Assembly (NCBI GenBank): GCA_028534125.1 | Contig: CM052817.1 | Location: forward strand, 38,194,001 to 38,258,000 | Reading direction: 5' to 3' | Source: Lama glama | Taxonomy: Eukaryota | Length of the DNA stretch: 64,000 nucleotides | Shown: positions 25,163-38,130 of the stretch, piece after piece | Position numbering within the stretch: the stretch's first letter is position 1 | Layout of the letters: each line of letters starts with the position of its first letter | The notes under the pieces: generated by a model | Told to the model about the DNA's origin: nothing | What the model saw: only the letters and a program-made list of their open reading frames with translations | Databases searched by the model: none | Translations under genes and position numbers: made by a program

Positions 25163-25494
25163 AGCTGATTTGCAATATTGTGTTAGTTTCAGGTGTACAA
25201 CAAAGTGATTCGGTTATATATATATTTTCAGATTACTTTCCATTATAGGTTATTACAAGCTATTGAATATAGTTCCCCCATGCTATACACTGAATCCTTG
25301 CTACTTATCTATTTTATGTATAGCAGTTTGTATCTGTTGATCCCATGCTCCTAATTTTTCCCTCCCACTCTCCCTTTCCACTTTGATAACCAGGCATTTG
25401 TTTTCTATGTCTAAAGGTCTGTTTCTGTTTTGTATATAGATTCATTTGTATTATTTTTTAGATTTCACATATAAGTAATATCATATAATATTTA
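25160..25494 (-). mobile_element. 5'-truncated L1 3' UTR nested in an older L1
   Basis: AGCTGATTTGCAATATTGTGTTAGTTTCAGGTGTACA..TTGAATATAGTTCCCC..TTTAGATTTCACATATAAGTAATATCATATAATATTT; flanked by CCAAGACA on both sides. Confidence 0.88.
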
Positions 25495-25920
25495 CCAAGA
25501 CATATTTATTAGAGACTGCAGTTTTATTTGCAATAGAAAGACTGTAACAACCTAAATATCCATTAAGAACTGGATAAAAATGTTAATTATTTTGTATCCA
25601 CACACTGAAGTACTATGCAGCTATTAAAAAGAACAATGTAAATCTATATGAACTGATATAAAGATATCTAAAATAAAGTGAAGAACACAAGATACAGAAC
25701 AAGAACAACACATCCAATAAATAAGTGATTGTGTGTATTGAATTATTTTACTTACAAATAAACACATATATATGTTATTTGCACACACATTCAGGTATAT
25801 AAATCTAGGCAGGAAGATTGATGATTTGAAGTCAGTGATTTGGTGAAACACTTATTTTTATGTGTATTATTCTGTAGCATTTGAATTTTTTACTGTTCAT
25901 GTAATACTTTAAACATGATT
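25495..25920 (+). mobile_element. Ancient L1 (L1ME-like) 3' fragment
   Basis: GCAATAGAAAGACTGTAACAACCTAAATATCCATT..TACTATGCAGCTATTAAAAAGAA..ATCTATATGAACTGATAT. Confidence 0.7.
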
Positions 25921-26259
25921 ACAAAAGGCAAGGAAAACATACTTTGAAAACCACAACAAAAGTAGGTAGAAGGGAGGAGAGTTCTTTGAGACTCCTGCCC
26001 CATAGTAGAACAGGGAAGGAGAAAATCTCTGAATGGAAAAAAGGAGGAGATAGTAAGGAGGCAACTTAATTCCCTAAGCTCTAGAAAGAGGGCAAGCAAG
26101 AGCCATTTTGGGTTTAAGTACCTCTGATGGGGCAGGGTAACAAGAGCCTCTTGACTCTCAGTCTCCTGGAACCCAAACTCTCCCTGCTGGAACCGCTCCC
26201 CTCCTCCCCAATCCTGGCTGTAGATAAAATGAAATTAAAGTTCTAAGTTAAAGTTTAGG

Positions 26260-26517
26260 CATCTCTGACCTCATTGCTCAATTAAAGAGACTTCCCAGTC
26301 ACTCCATATCACAATCCTTTGATTTGCTTTATTTTTCTTAAAAACCGTAGTACTTATCACTACCTGATATTTATATATTAACTGATACTTTATTTCTACA
26401 TTTGCTTATTTTTTGTTTTCTCCTACCAAAACCAAGATGCAGAAGAGGTGACAGTTTGGCTTATTAATACTGTGTCCCTAGTGTCTAGAATAGCGCCAGG
26501 TACTTGGATGGATGGAT
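26260..26517 (+). mobile_element. L2 3' end
   Basis: TAGTACTTATCACTACCTGATAT..CTGTGTCCCTAGTGTCTAGAATAGCGCCAGG. Confidence 0.7.
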
Positions 26518-27059
26518 ACAAGAGGGGGATCTAGCTGCGGCTGCCAAGACCCAGGAGAGAGGCTCTGAATTCACTTTTCCTCAATACTAACACTATAAAC
26601 TATGGTTAAAACTATATTTGGGGAGACCATGTTTTCAAACAACAATAAAAAGGAATGCATGTAGCTTGATAATCTGACAAGATTGTTTGAAAATAAAGTC
26701 TTGAAAAATATTTGGTGTGTGGTTTTCATGACTCCTATAGAAATTAGTAATAATTATTAGACAACTAGTGTGTTAATTAGTTTTTTATTTGCAACTTTCT
26801 TCCTTTGGGGATGGAGTGAGATTCTCCTAAGGCCATAACAATGTTGTGTAACAGAGCTGACACAAGAGATGTTTTCTGAATTCCAAACAACAACTAACAG
26901 GTAACTATTTAAGTGTAAAGCTTGGTAAACTGTAGACTGCTTACAGAGCAAGAATGAAAGGAATTTCTTAACGTCTCCACTTAGAAAATGGCATAAAGAC
27001 ATGTTAGCTCTGCATTTCTGCTGCAAGTCTCTCTCTTGATGGCCATAGCTGGTTAGCCA

Positions 27060-27455
27060 CAATTGAGCATCTCATCCATGCTGGGCTTGGGTCCTGGTCC
27101 CTGAGAATTTGGGATAAGAGCTATGAAAAAATCACTCACTATCTCAGTGTGACTCGAGGTGTAATAACATCTTTAGAGCTGTGGGTTGTGGCCACATTCT
27201 GCCATGTTGAAGGAGAGACAGTCTGACAAGACAGAGAAGATTAATGCAGGTATAATAGGATATACCAGGACGAGAGCAAAGTAAAGTGCTGCCTGGGAGA
27301 CTTTAAAGTTTAGTGTTTTTGTTTATGCTGAAACTTAGTGGCAATTTTCCCTTCAACTCTGGAAGGTAATCCCTGAATTCTTATAACAGTACCCCCTCCC
27401 TTTAATTCAAACTAATATGAGTTACATTCTGCTACTTAACAACTAACATCCTAAA
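27060..27455 (+). mobile_element. Degenerate MaLR/ERVL-type LTR (MLT1-like)
   Basis: GAGCTGTGGGTTGTGGCCACATTCTGCCATG and terminal GAGTTACATTCTGCTACTTAACAACTAACATCCTAA resemble MLT1 LTR motifs. Confidence 0.45.
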
Positions 27456-27534
27456 GGAGGCAACAGTTAAGCCTCCAATCTCCCCACAACCTACATATCC
27501 TCATAAGCAAATTCATACACATATTTAACTCTGA

Positions 27535-27710
27535 AAATAATAATAGAAGCAAATACTTAGACAGTACTTATATGGTTACCATTTAATTTCACAAGTGAGG
27601 CACAGAGTTTTAGCAACCTGCCAGAGCTCATACAGTATGTAACAACACTGAGATTTGAAACTCATTCTGATTTTGCAATTATGCACCAGGAAATACTGCC
27701 TCTCTGCATC
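27535..27710 (-). mobile_element. MIR fragment
   Basis: TGAGGCACAGAGTTTTAGCAACCTGCCAGAGCTCATACAG..GAGATTTGAAACTCA. Confidence 0.65.
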
Positions 27711-28361
27711 ATACTGGGGGATAAAACATATTTCCTCCCTCAGACATGTTTATTTTCATGTCTTTTTTGCAAAGCTTTTATATGTTATATTACGTTTCTG
27801 AATTTCTTACTCTCTCTCATTTGCATCTACAATTTAAAAAGATCCATATCTCATTTAAGCACCAACATTTTTGGCATTGAATCTAACTTGGATCATATTT
27901 TTTTCTACTTTTCAGCTTTAATTATTAAGGACAACAGAGTTTAATCTACTAATGCTTCCTCTACTATGAGTGAAGAATGTGACTATAAAGTTGCATCATT
28001 ATTTTCAGTCATAAACACTTTCCCCAGGCTTTGTAGATTCCACTGTCTTTCTGTCATAGCAGACTACTTTGTTAATTCCAGCACAGCATATGTATGAGGA
28101 AAGGAGGTACGTACTGCCAGTTTGTTCCACAGAGTGAAAATCCTTTAAGAACTGTGAATATCATACATTCAGAGAAACAACAAAGATCATGTGACTCTTT
28201 CAGAGGATTTGAGTTCTGTAAGTGGTTATCAGGCAGAGAAGCAGGGGGATGGCCCCGGTTTGCTTACTGCTAAGACAGACATCAGAGCTAAACAGACTTG
28301 AAGTCATCCATGCAAGGCAGGTGCGTTTATAGACTTGAAGACAAGTGACTGTCTTACAGGA

Positions 28362-28379
28362 GACCTGTAGAGGGCAGCA
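28362..28379 (+). promoter_or_regulatory. Candidate CTCF core motif
   Basis: GACCTGTAGAGGGCAGCA fits CC(A/T)(C/G)(C/T)AG(A/G)(G/T)GGC(A/G)(G/C). Motif match only. Confidence 0.4.
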
Positions 28380-31300
28380 TTGCTGTGTATTTTGTAAATA
28401 CTGATTAAGAAACTCCACACAGCCAAACAACCCAGGCATGAATAAAAATAGGTCTGCTAGGTTAAGAGTCTAATTGGGTTTTGTTTTTGTGGTTTTTTTT
28501 TTCATTTAATGATGCCTGGTTTATTACTCTTATTTTAAAGTCACTCACAAAATTTTAAAACATTAGAAGTTTAACCCATCATCTGCCCAAATCCTCTTAA
28601 TTTATTCACAACGTGATTTTTATTGACTGTTTTGCATTTTTAAATGTAATCTATTTCAGACTATTTCTATTTCTATTCAGACTAAATCTATTTCTATTAA
28701 AATTTATTCTATTTCAGACTCTAAATATAAATGATAGATGATCACTTTTTGACTATTTTAATTTCATGTTGTAGTTGGTTTGGGGTTTTTTTGATTGTTG
28801 TTCATTTGTTTCATGCTTGGTGCTTCTCTTTGCACAACAGAAGTTTAAATAATATCCTCCAAGATTACCTCTCAAACAAGATTTTTTTAAAAACTGTCTG
28901 AAATCTTTCATACTCAAATATTTTTAAATTGCCAGTTTAAAAAAAAAACTGAAACCTAAACTGATGCAGAAAGATAAGAAAAGCAAAAAATGGGAGAGCT
29001 TATATATATTTATTTAAAGAGCTTTGCTCATGTTGCTTTAGGCATTTCCTTAAAAGTGGAAAAAAATGTTCTTTCTAATGCTGGTTCATAATGATTCTAC
29101 AAGACGGAAAGCAGCAGCTATTCTCAATATGCATTGGGACTGACTGGCAATGGGTTCCAAGTCATGGTTTGGTCACACACAGGTAAGGAAGCTGATGTCC
29201 TGTATGCTGGCCACTTGAGCAACCCGAGGGCCTCCCCTGTCCAGGCACGTTGCTAAGGGATACACAGAGATGAAAACTACAGCCCCTGTCCCTAAGGAAT
29301 TCACTCTTTATTTGAAAGGTCAGGGTATGAGATGAATGTTTAAGAAACTGAAATTATATAGAGGAAAAATAACAATCAAATATAAGAAATATCATAAGAA
29401 AAAAATTTATCTTTTGTGATCTGCTGGTTCAGTGGTTCAGGGATAGGTTGTGAGGTTTACTGGAGGAGGAGCTGGGAGAACTTACAGATTTGAAAACATA
29501 TAAATTCCAGCCTCCAATCCAGTCCAGCTGAGGGGAACTCTCCCCTCAGTGAAACCCTCCAGTACGTACTTTGGTGCAGAGAACTTTCTTGTATGTAATA
29601 CACTGTTTTTGGTACTCTGCAGACAATTAGTTATCAACGTCTTGAGTTTACATCATTAATTATTTTGTCCACTTTTTTACGTCTTCTATACTGTGCAGAG
29701 TGTGAGTAGGTACATGATAAGTACTTGCTGAATTTATAAGATTCTCCTCTTTTCACCCTTTCCTGGCACCAGTTTACCCATACCCGACAATGACAGCTGC
29801 TCTGAAGAGAAAAGCACATTGCTCTACCCTCCATATTTAAACATGGTTTAGAATTAATAACGGAGAATACTGAGGCCAGATTAAGGACCAGGAGGCTTCT
29901 GAAAGTGGAGGGCGTATTTTGACTTGTCCAGCTGTGGATGGAGCCTTGCAGAGAGACGCTCTGTACCACCTGGCTAATTCCCTCTAATGCCTGAAATGCC
30001 TATTAAGAATTCTCTGAAATGAGGGCTTAACGAAGGGCATTTATGGGGACAGATATATTTTTAAAAGACTCAAGAAACCTTAAAAAAAAAAGAAGCAGTG
30101 CTACATGGTGAAAATATCCCTGAACTAATATGAAAGATCAGTCAACCCAGGCCTTCCTCTTCTGCCACAAGTGGTTCTGGAGTCCTGCCACTCAGAGCTA
30201 CAAGCAACTGCCTTGTTTACCTCTACGCGGTGAGGATTTGCTAGGAATCTTGGTCAGTCTCAGCCTCAAGCAATCTCTCTCTCTCTCTCACCCTCCTTCT
30301 CTTCTTAAAAAGTGAAGTAGGATTTAATCGCCAATATGCCAAAGGTATATTCTCACTGAATTCTCACTCTCAGGACTAATTTTCAGTCCCATTTAGGACA
30401 TCCTATTCAGTCATTTGGCGATCTGGGCCTTATGTCTTTCTCACATTCATAGAGTAAGGATGTGGCTGAGATTAAAACCAGAATTCTGAAAAGTCACAGA
30501 TTCAGGGGCCGTGGGATTTGAAGTCAAGCAAATAACCATTCCAGGGAACAGAAGCCAGGCCTCCTGTCTCTCCAGGCTTGACGCTTAATGCCAAACATGT
30601 CTGAATTGCAGTGTTAGCAGTAAAGGACTCTGGGGTCTTACAAAATGAAAAGCATTTTTCAAGTGGAAAATGGCTTCCATTTTTTTTTTCTGCGAATATT
30701 TGGAAAAAGCTGAACTCACATATGATAATCAGAACAAACAGCAGAACCACTGGAAAAAGACACATTTACAAACAGATGGATTTCTTCAAAGAGTTGCTTT
30801 TTTAAAAAGATACTGAGGATGAAAATCATCTACTGAACAATAATTCAATAGCTCTTAGTATAACCATTCGTTAATGGTGGGATTTGAGATCTGGAAAGTC
30901 CCTGCAAGTTAAACACTCAGTAGTTTTCAGCCTGGATGTCATGCTGCTGTTTTACGAGCTATGTCGCAGTCTAGTAGTTGCTAATGACAATGAAAATAGT
31001 ACTGTTTGCAAGAGATTTGCTTACTTATAATTAAAACTGGTGTAAGGCTACTTTCACTTGAGTTTTGGGGTGTTCCTCGAGCAGGAGAGCAAGGGAGCAG
31101 GGTTGTAGTCGCTGCGCTCTGGGGCTGACTTGCGGTGACCTAGGTTGCCTGGGGTCTCAGTGGAAGGAGGAGGAGAGACTGGGAACGGCCACTCCAGGGC
31201 AACACTGATGCTCCTCTTCTCTGTGTGTTCGGTTCCTTTGACTCTTTCAAAAACTTGACCTGAGTTAGTCTTCCTCTCCATTTCCCTTCCAAGGTCCCAG

Positions 31301-31864
31301 ACTTCTTTTATTTTCCCAAATATCTTCTTAATGACAGTGATATATTCTAGCCTCCATTTAAATTCCGTAATTTTTCTTTCTTTTTTTCCAGCCAGGTAAC
31401 CATACACAGTAATTTAACCACATGGTCTTCCTTTAGCTTTCAAATTCTTCCTGGTGAATGTGAATTTCAAGAACATCCATTATTGTTCAGAGATCCAGAT
31501 TCTCTCACTTTAACTGAGATCCAGGGGCCCTGATGATGCACTGAGATTTCCCATAAACCTCCATTATCCCAGACTTCATTCTCTGGGTTTCATGTACACC
31601 ATGAGATTTACAACATTTTAACTAAGTTAGGTACTCCGTATGAAATTTCAGATATAGTTTACCAGAAAATACCTGTATTTTAACAAGTTTAAACAGTATG
31701 CTAAAGATCCTAAAAATAATTATTTGTTGCTTATAAGCTATGTGCAAAATGGCACTGAGATATAACAAAAATAGGATGATGTTTTGGCCCCCTAAGAAAT
31801 GTCTAAGCTAGCTAGTGATATTTTTTAAAAATGTGAAACCATTAGTAATGGAGACTATATAAAC

Positions 31865-32040
31865 ACTGGATAGCAGCACATGTTTTGGAGTCATATAAAC
31901 CAGAGACTACACCTTGTCACAAACCTCAGTTTCCACATCTGTAAATTGGACCCAATCAAAAAACCTACTTTAATGGCATCATTGTGAAATTTATGTAATA
32001 TTTCTTCGCCTGGTAAAGAGTAGGCATCAGTGAATTAAGT
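31865..32040 (+). mobile_element. MIR fragment
   Basis: TTTGGAGTCA..AACCTCAGTTTCCACATCTGTAAATTGGA..CCTGGTAAAGAGTAGGCATCAGTGAAT. Confidence 0.75.
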
Positions 32041-33424
32041 CAACATGCATTTATATCTCTCTATATCTATATGTATACACACGCACATACTTTCATTATC
32101 ATCTTTTCTCCTACACCCACAGTAGTTTGGTAACTCAGTTATTTATTCAATTCAGAAATGCAGATTTTCTGTTCCATCAGTGAGTGAATCAATCTCAAGC
32201 TTAGCTAAATAGGCAGGCTGAGTTCCTCAGTATTCCTTTTATTTCCTCCTCCTCCCACTCTCTTGGGCCCTCCCTCATTTTCTCCCAGTTTCTATGCTTC
32301 ATGATCTGAGAGAGACATCATTGCTCTCTCAGCTCAATGACTGTCTATCTCTTCTAGGAGAAAGCAGACTACTGGGTCAGCTGCCAGCTTCTGCCTCCAA
32401 AGCTGAGGACAATTGCCCACTCTGTGCCCTGGTGACCAAATCCTGCCAACTGGTGGCAGATGGCGTCTTCCCCACAGACCCTCTAGGAGTCACATGGCAT
32501 TTGGCCTGTTCCCTCCACCCAACTTTTCCACTCCCTCCCCCATGTTGGCAAATAGAACATAGACTTTTAAACACTGTCATGTTTTCCATAATCCCCTCAA
32601 TGGAAATGAGAGTTTTTAAAGAGCAGATCTTTTTTAGTTGGTTTGGTCTTTGAACTACATAATCATTACACATGGAATGATGTCTGCTGCCCTTATAACA
32701 TGTGACCACCACATAAAACATGAAGGCAAAGCACCAGGGCCTGCAGAAGAAGTTATCTCCTTGGGACAATTCTTTCTACTCCTATATTCATGTGAGGGAG
32801 CTGTGAGTTTGTAAAAACTCTGCACCAAAATGTCACTAGGCACTGCAACAGATCCAGTTTCCTTCTCTGCTTTCAGTTTCAGTGTCACTGCCCTTCTTCC
32901 TATTCCCAGGGAGGAAAATGGCCCACATCCGGGTGACAAAGGCAATCCTTCGCCACAGTGCTTGCAACCATGTACCAGGTATCTGGCATTCCTGCCTGTC
33001 TCTGAGCCACACACACACCCAATCCAACAAAACTGAAACTGACAAAATAAATAAGTCATACTCAGACACCAAGAAGCTTCACATATTTAATGACACCACT
33101 TTCAAACTGTCTGCATTCAGAGATATTTCCGAAAATGAAAACAAAAGCCGGTGTTTTTTTGTTTTTTTTAACGATATTTTTCTTTACTTCTGAGTCATTT
33201 AATAAGATATCACCGTAGACGTTCTCCAAGAAGTCCTCGTCCTTCTCCTAATGGCAAAAGCCATCCTAGCGCCATCTTCAGCCTGATCCCGATACTGTTT
33301 TCTGTCATCTCTCCTTTCCTGCCTAGAGGGACACACACATCACCTGTCTGATGGTAAAGGGAGAAAACCCTCCTGTTAGTGTCTAGTCTCCCCAGCTCCT
33401 TCTGAAAGAATCGCAAAATGTTTC

Positions 33425-33602
33425 TGTGAAAGGGCTCTGCCGTTTTACCAGCTGGTGACCTTGGACAAGTGATTTCATCTTGAAGCTTCCTCTTCTTTGT
33501 AAAATTCAGAGAAAAATAGCAAGCACCTTCTAGCACCATTAAGTTCAACAAGAATCCAAACATAATGACCAGAATAAATGCTCAAAAATTTAGCTGTTAC
33601 TC
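33425..33602 (+). mobile_element. MIR fragment
   Basis: GGCTCTGCC..TACCAGCTGGTGACCTTGGACAAGTGATT..TGCTCAAAAATTTAGCTGTTA. Confidence 0.75.
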
Positions 33603-33829
33603 TTGCTCTCTTGTGCCTGGGGTATCTGCATTTCTCGGGGAGCGTGGGGCTGGCAAGGAGCAGCTGCAGGTGGTTTATGTTTGAAAATATCTCTGAACAG
33701 AGGATAACAGTGGGTGAGGTGGGCGCTCATCTCCTGATAAATGAAGCCATGGGCTAAAAATATGAGAAGAATGACGTCTTCCTCCACTCTCTCAAAATGA
33801 AAGAAAGAGGAGCAAGAGGAGGGAAAGAA

Positions 33830-34620
33830 AGATGATGGTAATTTGATTAATTGTTTATCATGTGCCAACTATGAGCTAAGCACACAGAATACAACAGTGA
33901 ATAAAACAGGAATCAAAAGTTAAAGTCATTAAATTCCGAATGTAAAGCCCTATGACAGAGATGAACAAGATGATTCACAAAGAATATTAGACTGGAGGAA
34001 GCTACTTTCATCAGGAGGTCTCCTCTGAGAAGATATTTCAATTGAGATTTGAATGATAAGAAATAGAAACAAACCAACCAACCAAAAACTGGGGCGAGAG
34101 CATTACAAGGCGGGGGGTCCAACATGCACAAAAAGCTTCACATCTGAAAACTCTGGGGGCTCTCATGAACTATAATGCAAGCCAGTGTGGCTGGAGCATG
34201 GGGAGCAAGGGGTGACAGGTGGGGGTGTGGTCCAGCAGGGCTGTGAGTGGTCCCTGGAGTCTGGATGATATGCTAAGTGCAGTGGAGCTGTTGAAGCCAT
34301 CATACAGCCAGTGACGTGGTTTAGCTTATTATAAAATGATCTTTCTGGAATTTTGGGAGAGAACAGGGTTGAGAAAGCTAGGAGAGAGTGATATGGCCTA
34401 GATAAGAATGAAAAAGAAGTGATGGAGAGAAGAAGACAGAGTGGGGTTGGAAGTACAGTCAGCACCCCTGGCTGATGGGCTGGATGTCAAGGGTGAGGAA
34501 GACAGAGGATTTAAAGCTTACACCCTGAGTTAGGGAAGGTCCTGAGTTTTTCATTCCATTAAATGCAGACTGGCAACCTGGGGAAGGACATACAGGGAGA
34601 AGACCAAGCAGACTCAAATT
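33830..34620 (-). mobile_element. L2 (L2a-like) fragment
   Basis: ATACAACAGTGAATAAAACAG, CTCTGAGAAGATATTTCAATTGAGA, GCAAGCCAGTGTGGCTGGAGC and GCTGATGGGCTGGATGT are antisense L2a blocks. Confidence 0.8.
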
Positions 34621-35029
34621 ATCAAGACTCAGGGTGCTGGGGAGGCGGAGAGAAGAGGTCAGGCAAGAGGAGAGCAAGCAGGGAGCCCAATACTTCCCCC
34701 AGCTGGAAGCTGGAAGAGGACCAGTGGCCACATTAAGAGAAGCAATTAACAGAGCAAGCCAGGTGAGGCATAGTCTCTAAATGCCCCTTTTATTTTCAAA
34801 GCTTTAATTACATCAAAAGGCAATCCGCGGTGATCCCTCACGAGAGCTGGAGCACCCTCCCTGGGGCTAACAGCAGGCAGCAGTAGGCAGCAGTAGACAG
34901 CAGGCAGCAGACAAGAGAAGGACTGCAAACTAAAGAATGAGGCTTTTTAAGAAACATGCTTGGTCTTGTGCTATCTGCAGCTGACTCAACCAGAGGGAGA
35001 AAAACCTCATAACTTAAAACAATAAAAAC

Positions 35030-36325
35030 AGTGCCAAAACAATCCAATGGGGGAAAAAAAGCCCTTTTCAACACATGGTGCTAAGAACAACTGGATAGCC
35101 ACATTAAAAAAAAAAAGTTGGACCTCTTCTTTACACCATATACAAAAAAAAAAAACTCAATACACCTAAATATAAGAGTAAATTATAATAAATTCTAGGA
35201 AGACAGCTTAGGAATAAAACTTCATGATCTGATTTAGGCAAAGTCTTCTTAGATATGATACAAAACAACCAAAAACAAAAATACGTAAGTTGGATGTCAT
35301 CAAAATTTAGAAGTCCTGTGCTTCAAGAACACTGTCAAGAAAGTAGAAGGACAACCCAATGGAATGGGAGAAAATATTTGCAAATCATATATCTGATAAG
35401 AAACTTGTATCCAGATCACATAAAGATCTCTTACAACGCAACAACAAAAACCAGTCAGGCAACTATAGAAAAATAGGCAAAAAATTTAAACAGATATTTC
35501 TCAAAGACATACAAATGGCCAGAGCATACGCACAGAGCTCAGCATCACTAGCCAGCAGGGAAATGGGAATCAAATGCAAGAGATCACTTCATCTCCACCT
35601 ATATTGGATTAATTGTTTACAGTGTGCCAATTAAAACTAAAAAGTGGTGAGGATATGGGGAAACCCCATTGAGGTTGAAATATTGTGGATACTGAGGTTG
35701 AATATTAAGGATACTGAAACCCTCAAATATTGCTAGTGGAAATATAACATCATTTGGTCACTTTGGAAAACAGTCTGGCAGTCACTCAAAATGTTAAACA
35801 TAGAGTTACAGACCTTGCAATTCCACTCCCAGGAATATACCCAAAAGAACTGAAATATACATCCACACAAAAACTTGTACATGAATGCCCACAGCAGCAT
35901 TATCCATAATAGCAAAAAATTGGAAGAAAAGCAAAATATTCACCAACAGATTAAGGAGTAAATAAAAGTGATATCTCCATACAGTGAAATATTACTAATA
36001 ACATGGATAAACCTTGAAAATGTGCTAAGTGAAAGAAACCATTTATAAAGACCACATACTGTCTAATTTCATTCATATGAAATGTCTTAAATAGGCAAAC
36101 CTATACAGATAGAAAGTAGGTTAATGGTTGGCTGATGTTTGAAGCTTGGGTGAAATGGGACTGAGGAATGGGTATGAGATTTCTTACTTGGGGTAATGAA
36201 CAAGTTCTGGAATTGATTGTGGCGGTAATTGCACAACTCTGTGAATATACTAAAAAACACTGAACTGTAGGCTTAAACGCGTGAATTGTATGGTACATGA
36301 ATTCTACCTGAACAAAGTTGTTAAA
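35030..36325 (+). mobile_element. L1M (L1MB-like): ORF2 C-terminal relic plus 3' UTR
   Basis: Peptide MEWEKIFANHISDKKLVSR matches L1 ORF2p EWEKIFAN(H/Y)xSDKGLISR; also CCATATACAAAA, GCAATTCCACTCCCAGGAATATACCCAAAAGAA, and the L1MB-type end TTGCACAACTCTGTGAATATACTAAAAAACACTGAA. Confidence 0.92.
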
Positions 36326-37214
36326 ATCAAACTTTTTCTGACAGAATAGTTATAAAACTAGAAGTCAGTTAATACGGTTGCCCACACAGAAATTAATATC
36401 AAATAATATATACCTTTAAACAAGCCCTCAATTTTGTCAACTTGCACTGATTTGTCTCTTTTCAAGGTCAATACTCAAGGAACATTGTCCTCTGCACTGA
36501 AACTTTCCTAACAATAAATAGTTGGCATAACGAGACGGCTCAACATTACACTGTTGGATAAACGTGACCTCCTCATACTTCTTCCTGCTGTACGGTGTGT
36601 TGACTTTTGGTCAATTTCCTGAAGTAATTTTCCATGCAATTATTTACCATCTTAGTTTTAATATATTTATATATGTGGCCTTCAAAACTACTGAAAAGAC
36701 TACAGAGTTTTTCCTGTCACTCCATACCTTGCCTCCATGATGACACAGAACAGCACTCTGACAGCGTATGTGTATGGGGCAGGTTAGGGGAGGGAAGGCT
36801 TCCTGGTTCTCCACCTGTCTCGGGACACACCTGTCACAACTACAGTCCTGGCCACTCAACAGGTGGGCATAGGTGAGGCCCCCATCCTCTACAGCAGATG
36901 GGTAACAGGTAAGAGCATAGACAAACCAACTCAAATACTGCTGTTTAAAGGAAGTGTCTCTTCAAAATCTAGCCCCAACATCCAATACTAATTTAGCCAG
37001 GAGAATTTTTAATGCCAAATACAGAAACAGTTTCCTACTAGCTAATGATACATAAAACTAACAAGAAATTTTCATCAATAAAATATACTGCTAGTTAACT
37101 ACAGATACCATGATCCAGTGATCTAAAAAAAAAATCTCACAATATTTTTACTAGAAGACAAAATTCTAATTTCTCTGATCATTTTCTATTTCTCACCTAA
37201 ACGAACCAACTCAG

Positions 37215-37420
37215 AAAACTTGGATCTCTCTCTGTCACAAACTTAATCCTGTGATCTCGGAAAGCTCCTTAATCTTTTGAACCTAACTTCACCATAAGAA
37301 AAAACAGTATTTAACTCATAATGATGGCTAAAAATAAGCAAAATAATGCATATAAAGGGCCTAATATGATACTTAGCATTAAAGTACATCAAATAATAGG
37401 TAATGATAATGACTGTACTA
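37215..37420 (+). mobile_element. MIR fragment
   Basis: CTGTGATCTCGGAAAGCTCCTTAATC..AATAATGCATATAAAGGGCCTA. Confidence 0.55.
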
Positions 37421-38130
37421 CTAAAGTCAAGCAGACGAGTAGTCTTGCCCCTTAAACTTGAGAAATCAAGGAAATTTAGTATTAATACAATCAAACAGAA
37501 TATGGAAGAGTAGAAAGACTACTCAACAGGGAATGTGGGCATTTATACAAGGTTGGCCACAATAACGTCTCTGGGAGCCATAGTCCTCATCTGAAAAATG
37601 AGCACAATGATCTTTAAGTTTCCTTACAATTCATAAAATAAGAGAAACAGATTTACTGCATTTCATTTTCCTTACAATATTCTCTACAATATTCTTTTCA
37701 CCTTCATTTCAGATTCAAACTGATTTCTTTAGAAGCCAATTCATGTTTGGAATAGGAAGATGGAAACAATAACAGCAAATCACACAAACACTAGTGAGCA
37801 TAATCTTTTAATGGATTTAAATCTATAATCTTGGTAATATAAAAAAGCCACATTCACTCATCCCCTGGTTATAAAAAACACTTTAAAACAGTTTGGAGTT
37901 TACATGAATGAACAACACTTGCAAAGCCTCAAAACGCAAGGAATCTTATCTGATGTGGGTTCCAGGTCTCCCAAAAGTGGAAATAAGATGCCAGTCCTCC
38001 TATTGCTGTTCTAGCCATACCTAACAACAGAGATATTCATCCTTCACTGAAGATGTTGATCTTTATAATTTCTGCTATGTGAGACACCTCCTATATACTG
38101 TATTGGACAGATATTGAGAAATGTCAAGGG

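Noticed and set aside
33531..33552. miR-29-like start TAGCACCATT
   Set aside because: The match stops after 10 nt and lies within a MIR fragment.
35255..35915. Protein-coding gene
   Set aside because: Fragmented L1 ORF2 relic with frameshifts and stops.
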